Positions 14,657 to 20,865 of a stretch of DNA of 20,865 nucleotides are shown here, piece by piece; the stretch's first letter is position 1; every line of letters starts with the position of its first letter. The position numbers and the translations under genes were made by a program. The stretch lies in the IMG/VR virus record IMGVR_UViG_3300042837_000031; one strand, given 5' to 3'. The stretch is from a virus. Under the pieces are notes generated by a model. The model searched no databases, was not told the origin of the DNA, and worked only from the letters and a program-made list of their open reading frames with translations.

Positions 14657-15657
14657 CCCACCACCAGCTTTCGATAGGGCGCCTCCAGGCGCCGGACCTC
14701 AGGGTCAATGCGGGGCACGAACGACGAGCCGCCGCCGTCTGAGGACTGGTCGATTACACCGAGCGGTAGTGCACGCTTCGCGAGGTTGACCTGGACGCGG
14801 CGGCACAGTGCCTCACGGAGCGGCCAGGGCAGGCCGCCGCCACTGAGGTAGTCCTCAGCGGCCAGGCGCTCAGCAGAGGTCAGGACTCGCGGCCAATACA
14901 GCAGCTCGTAAAGATCCCCGAACAGTGGCGAGGTTGCGTCAGCGCCAGCACCCAGGACGACAGCGTTGGACGGAGTGTTGGACGTGGCGCCAGCGGTCAG
15001 CCCAGAGGAGCCAGAGCCAACAGACACACCATCCTGGGCGATCTCATAGACGCCACGGGCCCAGTCGAGAGCAAAGGCCCAGGTATGGACGGACTGGTCA
15101 CTGGCTACGGAGCCGGCACCCAGGGAGCTGTCGCCGTCCAGGCGCCGCGCGATGATCTGCCAGTTACCGCCGAACATTCCCGTATAGAGCCGGATAGACA
15201 GGCCAGCGCCGTAGCTGAACGCCAGCAGTCTCTGGGTGCCCGCCACGGTGCTGTTGAGCTTGACGCGGGCCAGCAGCGTCCCGCCGATTGCGTTCTGGGT
15301 CAGGGCCAGCGCGTCGCCGGACAGCGAGAGGTAATCCGTCCCGTCGAACCGGACCAGGTCGCGGCCGTCCACGGTGCGCTTTGTGGGCTGGGCCGAGCCG
15401 ATGCCCTGGGTGGCCACGGAGGTCCCCACGGCTGAGGCCCAGGAGCTAACTGCCGCGCCGTCCACCAGAGTGTCCAGGTCGGAGGCCCGGAATTGGAGTG
15501 AGAGCCCGCTTGGCAGCTCAGCGGACGGAACGCGGCAAGCCTTGATCTGAGCGGCTGACTCAACTGCGATGACTTGCAGGAGCGCCGCGTCAGTGTAGCG
15601 ACCAGCGGGCACGCCAACAGACGCCAGGTAATCCTTGACGTCTTGTAGTGCTGGCAT
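14653..15657 (-). CDS. Head-to-tail adaptor (gp6-like connector) with an inserted LamG/concanavalin-like lectin domain
   Basis: The N-terminus DVKDYLASVGVPAGRYTDAALLQVIAVESAAQIKAC and C-terminus REALCRRVQVNLAKRALPLGV...PRIDPEVRRLEAPYRKL match adaptor family patterns. Residues about 52-272 (nt 14842-15504) carry LamG_3-like patterns: SSWASAVG..ATQ...AQP, LVRFDGTDYL, TLLARVKL, HTWAFALD, YEIAQDG, LGAGAD..SPLFGDLYELLYWPRVLTSAE. Confidence 0.7.
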   Translation of the reverse strand: MPALQDVKDYLASVGVPAGRYTDAALLQVIAVESAAQIKACRVPSAELPSGLSLQFRASDLDTLVDGAAVSSWASAVGTSVATQGIGSAQPTKRTVDGRDLVRFDGTDYLSLSGDALALTQNAIGGTLLARVKLNSTVAGTQRLLAFSYGAGLSIRLYTGMFGGNWQIIARRLDGDSSLGAGSVASDQSVHTWAFALDWARGVYEIAQDGVSVGSGSSGLTAGATSNTPSNAVVLGAGADATSPLFGDLYELLYWPRVLTSAERLAAEDYLSGGGLPWPLREALCRRVQVNLAKRALPLGVIDQSSDGGGSSFVPRIDPEVRRLEAPYRKLVVG

Positions 15658-15684
15658 GCCCGCTGGCCTTCCCCTGTGTTGTGG

Positions 15685-16029
15685 CTACTTGGACGGCAGC
15701 GCGGGCGTGGCGTCTTCCACCACGAGCCCGCGAGCCTTGAGATCGTCCAGCGTCACGGTCAGGCCAGTGGCTGGGTCGATAGTTGACCCGTACATCTTGG
15801 CTTGCTCGGCGACGTTGGAGCTGATGAAATCGGGCGCCGGATTCCGGGTCCCGCCGCTCTGAGTGTCACCGGGGAACGGGAACGCCTCTCGGACCTCTGA
15901 GGTGCGAGGCTGCAGAAAGTCCTCCTGCTCAGGCACCGGTGTCCCTGAGGTGACGTCGGGCTCTGAGGTGACATCGGCCTCCACGTGGGAGTCCTCCTCG
16001 CTGGTAACTGTGTCGTTCTTCCGGACCAT
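15685..16029 (-). CDS. Acidic hypothetical protein (114 aa) after the capsid gene
   Basis: ATG 16029 is preceded by a perfect AGGAGG plus a 7-nt spacer. The N-terminal half is rich in Asp/Glu/Thr/Ser, with a DVTSEPDVTSG mini-repeat. The longer ORF 15685..16224 overlaps the capsid gene and is not needed. Confidence 0.7.
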   Translation of the reverse strand: MVRKNDTVTSEEDSHVEADVTSEPDVTSGTPVPEQEDFLQPRTSEVREAFPFPGDTQSGGTRNPAPDFISSNVAEQAKMYGSTIDPATGLTVTLDDLKARGLVVEDATPALPSK

Positions 16030-16068
16030 GTCCGTGCCTCCTGGATTGTTGATCTTGAAACGCTGAGC

Positions 16069-16113
16069 CTGGCCCGCTGGGAGAGGTTTCCCCGCCGCTA
16101 ACCAGCGGGCCAG
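16069..16113 (-). terminator. Perfect 12-bp inverted repeat (CTGGCCCGCTGG / CCAGCGGGCCAG) with a 21-nt loop, directly after the capsid stop
   Basis: The arms at 16069-16080 and 16102-16113 are exact reverse complements. No U-tract follows, so it may be an attenuator, an RNA-stability element or a protein-binding site rather than an intrinsic terminator. Confidence 0.35.
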
Positions 16114-16121
16114 GAGTCCGG

Positions 16122-17432
16122 CTATGTACCCGGGTCGTACGCAATGCGGCGGATGCCGGGGTTGTCGATGACCTCCACGACGCGATAGCCCCAGATGGCC
16201 AACTCCACAGAGCGGACCTGCCACTGGAACTCAAGCCGCTGCGGCGCGCTGGCCGCGGCGTAGATCGCGGCCGGATCGAACAGGTAGCTGTTCGATGACG
16301 CGTTGCTAGGAGCGGCCGCCGAGGTGACCGGGTAGCCCTCCAGGCCAGCAATGGACAGCCGAGCAAACCGCGGCGAGACCTGGCCGTTTGCGTTGACCGG
16401 GCCGAACATCGGGTAGAGCTTCCGGCCGCTGGTGTCAGTCGCACGAGCGAACAGACGGTAGAGGTCCTGCTGGAGCGCCAGCGACGTGAAGCTGTTGCCC
16501 GTTGCCACGTACTGGAGATCAGCGACAGCGGCCTCAAACGCGGCCGAGACCGGGTAGTCCTGAGCCTGGGTGTAGGTGGCTGGCCAGGTGCCCGCGTTCG
16601 TCGGAAGCGTGATGGTCGCACCAGGAGACTCAGCCTCAAGCTCAGTCCACGCGATGGCCTCCAGGGCCTTGTTGTACTCGTAGACCATCTTCTGCCAGAT
16701 CAGCGAAGACGCCTGAGCGCCACCCTGATCCCATAGCTCGCGAGAGATACGCACCTTGCCGGACACAGCGCCCGGGGTGATCGTCTCGCTAGTCGCCGTG
16801 AACTGACCCTCAGCGGGCTCAGTGTCCTCCACGTGAGCCGCGACCAGAGCCGAATGGGCAGACCACTTCGGGACAACCATCGGCGTGATCTCCGACAGGG
16901 TTTCCTTCTGGATCGCCGTCCACAGCGGGAACGCGAATTCACGCTGAGTGACGTAGAGGTCCGGCCGCTGGACGTTGGGATTCAGCGCGGCCACGTTGGC
17001 AACCGGGATGATCGCGAATTGCTCGCCTTGATCATCGGCGGTCGTGCGCACGGGACCGTCCGGCACGCTGGTGATGGGAGCGGTAAACACGTGCTCCTGG
17101 ATGAAGCCCAGCGCGCGGGCACTGGCCGCGCCGTCGCCCTGAGAGGCAGCGCGAAGATCAGCCGCAAAGTCGTGAGTCCCGGCCACCAGGTTGCCGCGAT
17201 CGAAGCGGTACGGCTCCGGCTCGTGGACCTCAAGAGTGACACCCGGGGTGCCAGTAGCGCCCTCAGCCGGGTTGATCACCTCAGGGCCAGCAGCTCCAGC
17301 GGGTGCCTGCGGGTTGGCCGCGAGGTACGCCTGGAACGCCTGGGCGAACTGACCCATGTCGAATTGCGGCGCGGGCGTGCAGGCTGCCTGCCCAGCGGTG
17401 TGAACGTGTCCGCAGACAGCGCACGGTTCCAT
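16122..17432 (-). CDS. Nested in-frame capsid-only product (436 aa) from an internal start
   Basis: Within the fusion ORF, AAGGAG-AAATC-ATG (ATG at 17432-17430) lies in frame at codon 588, exactly at the protease/capsid boundary. The internal start is inferred, not proven. Confidence 0.45.
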   Translation of the reverse strand: MEPCAVCGHVHTAGQAACTPAPQFDMGQFAQAFQAYLAANPQAPAGAAGPEVINPAEGATGTPGVTLEVHEPEPYRFDRGNLVAGTHDFAADLRAASQGDGAASARALGFIQEHVFTAPITSVPDGPVRTTADDQGEQFAIIPVANVAALNPNVQRPDLYVTQREFAFPLWTAIQKETLSEITPMVVPKWSAHSALVAAHVEDTEPAEGQFTATSETITPGAVSGKVRISRELWDQGGAQASSLIWQKMVYEYNKALEAIAWTELEAESPGATITLPTNAGTWPATYTQAQDYPVSAAFEAAVADLQYVATGNSFTSLALQQDLYRLFARATDTSGRKLYPMFGPVNANGQVSPRFARLSIAGLEGYPVTSAAAPSNASSNSYLFDPAAIYAAASAPQRLEFQWQVRSVELAIWGYRVVEVIDNPGIRRIAYDPGT

Positions 17433-19193
17433 GATTTCTCCTTGGTTGTCAGCCTCAGCCACCACGGCAGAGACGCGAGCTGAATCAAACGCTGGCGATG
17501 GGGTCAGGGAGACCTCAGCCAGGATGTTGCCTTGCCCGGAGTGCCAGACCCCGGAACGTTCGGAAAATTGGGCGTCGTCCAGGAGACCGATAGAGAGCCC
17601 GTCATAGACGCCATCCTCAGCCAGCACCAGGGCGCGATCGCCCTCTGGAGTGCGGGCCACCTTGAACGTCACCCGGAGACCGTCAGGGCCATCCTCGAAC
17701 GTCACGCCGCGGCCCACGGCCTGCGAGCGGTCATGCTGGATCAGGAGCTTCACGCGGCTGGGCTCGGCCCAGGTGAGCGACCCCTGAGAGAACTGGTACG
17801 TACGGCCGTTGCGGCGGGCGGTCACACCGTACGGGACAGCCAGGCCCGTGATGGTCCGCGCGGCCTGGTCAACCGCAAAGATGTTGCGTGATTCTGGGGT
17901 CTCAAAGCCAATAAGAAGTGAGCCGGCGTCAAAGTTATTGCGCGAGCTCGGGGCTTCCGCCGCAACATCATTGCTTGACTCTTGATCTTGACCAGCAGGG
18001 AGAGCCGGGCGCGGCATCGCGAACGTGGGCGCGGGCAGCCCCTCGCGCTCGGCCACGGCATTGCGGTCGTAGATCCCCATTGCGATTCCCAACTGATAGA
18101 CCTGGAAGCGAGAAAGATCATCCGCCCTCAGGAAGCCGTTAAAGTCCGCGAGGATGCGATAGCCGCGCGGCGTGACATCAGGCATGCTGAGCCGCTCCTG
18201 GATCGCGGAGACGTACATCCCGATTGATTCATTGATCTTGGAAATGCGCCGGTCCTGGCTGTTCTGGTAGGTCCGGCTAGTGGTGCTGACGCCCAGGTCC
18301 TCAGGGTCGATACCCAGCACGCGGCCGATTTCCACCACGGCGGCCGAGCGGGCCGCGTCAAGCTGGAGCTTTTCCGGGTCCCACTGGAGTGTCTTGTAAT
18401 CCAGGGCTCCCGGGACATAGGCGTCAGCGCGGGACTGGCGAGCCTTGGTCCAATCGTCCAGGAACTCCGGGACGTCATCCTCATCCGGGTCAGCCTCAGG
18501 CTTAGGCGTGAAGTAGCCCTGTGGGAGTGGGCTGTCCGCGTAGCGATCGGCCGCCGCGGAGAGCTTCAGATAGGTGCGGATCGCACGAGCGCCAGCGTCC
18601 AGGATGCCATCGGTGGGCGAGTCGAACTGGATGTAATCCTTGGGCGGGACCTTGACCTCATCGCCGTTGGGCATATTCACGTGCAGGTAGCCCTCAGCGT
18701 CCACCTGAGAGCCGGGGTCCACGCGCCACACATAGGCGGGGTAATTCCTGTAATCCCGCTCGCGGGTCCACCAGTAGGCGATCCCCTCGAACAGGAGATC
18801 CTCGACCAGGCGTGTCATGGTGATGGATCGGGCGCGGTTCCGCTCGGGCTGGGTGAGTAGCGAGCTGACGTGCTCCACGTTCTCCGTGTCCACGAGACGG
18901 AAGGGAATTCCACCCACCTCGCCAGCTATCAGGTCGCGGCCGCGTTTGACAGCCGGGACCTGGATAGCCTCACGGCGCGGCACTTTGGGAGCCGGGCCCG
19001 TGGTCGTTTGGTAGGACTCCAGGCCAAATATCTGAGCGGGGATCGAGCCCGCGTCGATCTCGAACCGGGGGGCGGTCGGAGAGTCGGGACGTTCAAAGCC
19101 AAGCCACTCAGCTATCCGCCACCAGAACGACACGCGATGAACAGTAGCGTGCTCTCCCCACAATGATGTTGCGTTACGCGCCGCGCGCCACAA
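16122..19193 (-). CDS. Portal - prohead protease - major capsid protein triple fusion polyprotein (1023 aa)
   Basis: An uninterrupted ORF with three segments.
- Residues 1 to about 400 are HK97-type portal-like (AVKRGRDLIAGEVGGIPF, SITMTRLVEDLLFEGIAYWW, TYQNSQDRRISKINESIG).
- Residues about 435-575 are HK97/S78 protease-like (ITGLAVPYG, VKLLIQHDRSQAVGR, VYDGLSIGL, AEVSLTPSPAF).
- Residues about 700-1023 are HK97-fold capsid-like (LYVTQREFAFPLWTAI, VSGKVRISRELWDQ, MVYEYNKALEAIAW).

The start is uncertain. TTG 19193 overlaps the terminase; GTG 19133 is an alternative. Confidence 0.8.
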   Translation of the reverse strand: MWRAARNATSLWGEHATVHRVSFWWRIAEWLGFERPDSPTAPRFEIDAGSIPAQIFGLESYQTTTGPAPKVPRREAIQVPAVKRGRDLIAGEVGGIPFRLVDTENVEHVSSLLTQPERNRARSITMTRLVEDLLFEGIAYWWTRERDYRNYPAYVWRVDPGSQVDAEGYLHVNMPNGDEVKVPPKDYIQFDSPTDGILDAGARAIRTYLKLSAAADRYADSPLPQGYFTPKPEADPDEDDVPEFLDDWTKARQSRADAYVPGALDYKTLQWDPEKLQLDAARSAAVVEIGRVLGIDPEDLGVSTTSRTYQNSQDRRISKINESIGMYVSAIQERLSMPDVTPRGYRILADFNGFLRADDLSRFQVYQLGIAMGIYDRNAVAEREGLPAPTFAMPRPALPAGQDQESSNDVAAEAPSSRNNFDAGSLLIGFETPESRNIFAVDQAARTITGLAVPYGVTARRNGRTYQFSQGSLTWAEPSRVKLLIQHDRSQAVGRGVTFEDGPDGLRVTFKVARTPEGDRALVLAEDGVYDGLSIGLLDDAQFSERSGVWHSGQGNILAEVSLTPSPAFDSARVSAVVAEADNQGEIMEPCAVCGHVHTAGQAACTPAPQFDMGQFAQAFQAYLAANPQAPAGAAGPEVINPAEGATGTPGVTLEVHEPEPYRFDRGNLVAGTHDFAADLRAASQGDGAASARALGFIQEHVFTAPITSVPDGPVRTTADDQGEQFAIIPVANVAALNPNVQRPDLYVTQREFAFPLWTAIQKETLSEITPMVVPKWSAHSALVAAHVEDTEPAEGQFTATSETITPGAVSGKVRISRELWDQGGAQASSLIWQKMVYEYNKALEAIAWTELEAESPGATITLPTNAGTWPATYTQAQDYPVSAAFEAAVADLQYVATGNSFTSLALQQDLYRLFARATDTSGRKLYPMFGPVNANGQVSPRFARLSIAGLEGYPVTSAAAPSNASSNSYLFDPAAIYAAASAPQRLEFQWQVRSVELAIWGYRVVEVIDNPGIRRIAYDPGT

Positions 19194-20727
19194 CTAATTT
19201 GAGCCGCTGGGTCGGACGCGCAACTCTCGCGAGGTGGACAGCACCAGCAGCCGCATAGGCCGCGTCCGCGTTTCCGAACTTCCGGCTGAAGCGCCAGCCG
19301 TCGCCCATGGGCAGCCGATGCGAGCCCAGAACGTGAGCGTTGAGGAGCGGGTCATTGCCGTGGATGATCATCCGCGAGCGGACCTGTTCCGCCAGGCCCT
19401 GACACACGGCCGGGATATCGGCTGATTTCAGCTCGATTTTCTTTGCGCTGCCCACGTGGTTTGTCGTCCACTGGCCGGGCGCGCGGAGCTGGTAGAGGTC
19501 AGCCATGACCGCGGCCGCGGGACCACCCGGGAACCACCCGAGAGTCTTGGGCTTGTACGTGGCCAAGAGGCCAGGAAGATCATTGCGCATACGCGTCAGG
19601 TCCGACCAGCCAGCCACGATGCCCACCCGCGTGCGACCAGAATCAGTGACGCTGGCGGCCGCCAAGGTGGCGTGCTCACCTTCCGGGGCGACGTCGAGAC
19701 AGAAGTACTTCCGATCAGCCTCCATCACCCGGGAGCCGGCAGGGTCAGCGCACGCATTCCACGCCTGAGCTGAGATCGGGCTATCGAGCGACTCCACGGA
19801 CTGGCAGAGGATCTCAGTCCGGAACACTGGCGGCGGATCGGTGCCCATGCTGGTGAGGATCGCCTCAGCGCTGACCGTGTATCCGAGCCCGGGGCTGGCC
19901 TGGGCTATCTGGCTCCAGTCATCCAGCTCACAACCGTCCGCGCCGGAGTACTCCATCAGCCCGATCGACGGATCGAGCCCGGCCAGAGCGGACTCCCGGA
20001 GCTGGTTTAGGACCACACTGCTGGCGTCTCCAGCGTTGCTGATCGCCACAATGAGGCCATCCGCCTGGGCCAATGTCGTCTTGGACAGTGCACTCCACGC
20101 CTGCCAGTCCTTCTGCTCCCGGATCTCGTCCAGGATCAGGAGCTTCACAGAGAGCCCACGGCCAGCACCCTGGCGGGTAGCAGTCAGCCGATACCGGGAC
20201 CCGTTGAGGAATTTGAGGCTGGTTTCTGTGTTGCCGCGCTTCACCGCGGCCACCTGTTTCGCGATCTTGTAATTCGTCTCGGCCATATCGACCGCGCCAG
20301 ACCAGGCCTCGCGAGCGATGTCCATTGACTGAGCCGCGCCCAGCACCATGGCGCCCGGTTTCTTCACCATGCACCACAGCGCCACCACCTTGAGCAGCGT
20401 TGTCTTGCCGGACTGGCGGCCCACCAGCGTGAGGATCGTGCGGTATCGGTAGACCCGCGAGCGGTCCACCACCCGGGCGCCAGGGTCCGCGTACTCGAAC
20501 GCGTGGAGGAGCCACCACTTCTGCCAGGGCAGCAGCTCGATACCCAGGGTGTGCTTCGCAAACTTGATGATCTCGTAACCGGCCGTCGTGGCGAACGTGA
20601 GCGGCCGAAGCTCCGGGGTGTAGAGCCTGGGCTCCGTGACGCCCTTGATTCCAGCGGGAGCCGGTGCGTGCGGGCTGGCGTCGAATAGGACCTCCTGGTC
20701 CGGCATCGGGTCAGCTTGCAACGTCAT
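19174..20727 (-). CDS. terL: Terminase large subunit
   Basis: Walker A VGRQSGKTT and Walker B KLLILDEIRE, a LLPWQKWWL N-terminal motif, and a nuclease-type C-terminal half. 517 aa. Confidence 0.9.
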   Translation of the reverse strand: MTLQADPMPDQEVLFDASPHAPAPAGIKGVTEPRLYTPELRPLTFATTAGYEIIKFAKHTLGIELLPWQKWWLLHAFEYADPGARVVDRSRVYRYRTILTLVGRQSGKTTLLKVVALWCMVKKPGAMVLGAAQSMDIAREAWSGAVDMAETNYKIAKQVAAVKRGNTETSLKFLNGSRYRLTATRQGAGRGLSVKLLILDEIREQKDWQAWSALSKTTLAQADGLIVAISNAGDASSVVLNQLRESALAGLDPSIGLMEYSGADGCELDDWSQIAQASPGLGYTVSAEAILTSMGTDPPPVFRTEILCQSVESLDSPISAQAWNACADPAGSRVMEADRKYFCLDVAPEGEHATLAAASVTDSGRTRVGIVAGWSDLTRMRNDLPGLLATYKPKTLGWFPGGPAAAVMADLYQLRAPGQWTTNHVGSAKKIELKSADIPAVCQGLAEQVRSRMIIHGNDPLLNAHVLGSHRLPMGDGWRFSRKFGNADAAYAAAGAVHLARVARPTQRLKLVVARGA

Positions 20728-20865
20728 GGCCGAGATTGTGCCACCTCGCGCAACGTATTTGCGCCTAGCGCGGCCGCTTCACGTTTTTCGACCGCTTCTG
20801 AGGGGCCAAGATCAGGGGAGGGGGATTCACCAGGTAGGGGTGTCGGGGTTCGGAACTTTTGGGAA
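20728..20865. other. Non-coding region upstream of the terminase gene: candidate packaging (cos/pac) and/or promoter region
   Basis: Contains the inverted repeat GCGCAA-CGTAT-TTGCGC (20748-20764), a GCGGCCGC palindrome and CCGCTTC direct repeats (20774-20780, 20792-20798). Five G4-5 runs fall at 20802-20848 on the plus strand. Ends with the right copy of the terminal repeat. Confidence 0.4.
20840..20865. repeat. Terminal direct repeat, right copy
   Basis: Identical to 1-26. Confidence 0.9.

Noticed and set aside
15929-16639. Alternative-frame minus-strand ORFs inside the capsid, tail and terminase genes (15929-16639, 9198-9650, 2743-3222, 19928-20518, 13829-14272 and others)
   Set aside because: They are embedded out of frame in genes with clear domain signatures. 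Their composition is Arg/Pro/Ser/Trp-rich, typical of off-frame high-GC translation.
17963-18017. Separate internal start for the protease domain at in-frame Met393 (ATG 18017)
   Set aside because: No Shine-Dalgarno-like sequence lies within 5-12 nt upstream (CCCACGTTCGCG-ATG), unlike the clear AAGGAG before Met588. It is therefore not annotated as a nested gene.
1-20865. Prophage bounded by attL/attR, with the 26-bp repeat as the att core and an integrase
   Set aside because: No recombinase-like ORF is present in any frame I could read. No host-like genes flank the repeats, which sit at the extreme ends of the window. Circular closure or a direct terminal repeat is the simpler reading, although this cannot be proven from the sequence alone.
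1-20865. CRISPR array, rRNA, transposase/IS element, toxin-antitoxin pair, reverse transcriptase (retron/DGR)
   Set aside because: There are no regularly spaced repeat-spacer arrays, no rRNA-like conserved blocks, and no DDE/transposase, RT (YxDD) or recognisable TA motifs in any of the listed translations.

Overview
The window looks like one complete, very compact (about 20.8 kb) tailed-phage genome. It may be a phage-plasmid from a high-GC, probably actinobacterial, host; that host call rests on protein family resemblance and strong AGGAGG-type ribosome-binding sites (RBS). The first 26 nt are repeated exactly as the last 26 nt, so the unit length is 20,839 bp, consistent with circular closure or a direct terminal repeat. 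Every credible gene is on the minus strand, and many junctions are translationally coupled (ATGA or TAATG overlaps). Reading 20727 down to 38, the order is as follows:
- terminase large subunit
- one 1023-codon ORF fusing portal, prohead protease and major capsid protein
- an acidic small protein
- a head-to-tail adaptor carrying an inserted LamG-like lectin domain
- a tail-terminator-like protein and the major tail protein
- two small proteins, one of them membrane-embedded
- the tail assembly chaperone plus a hidden downstream small ORF
- an extra gp10-like protein, then the tape measure
- five minor tail or baseplate proteins
- HNH endonuclease and a holin-like protein
- an endolysin fusing a LAS/M15-like peptidase to an EEP phosphodiesterase domain
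- three early proteins, including a winged-helix DNA binder
- a tRNA-like structured spacer
- Prim-Pol primase-polymerase and a RepA/AAA_25-type helicase
- a repeat-rich, lower-GC origin-like spacer
- an Ltp-type superinfection-exclusion protein and two tiny membrane peptides

I recognised no integrase, small terminase, CRISPR array, canonical tRNA or rRNA. All functional calls come from reading motifs by eye; no database search was run. The most unusual items are the triple portal-protease-capsid fusion with an in-frame internal SD+ATG, the LamG insertion in the adaptor, the EEP-containing lysin, and the plasmid-like replication module beside an iteron-like array.
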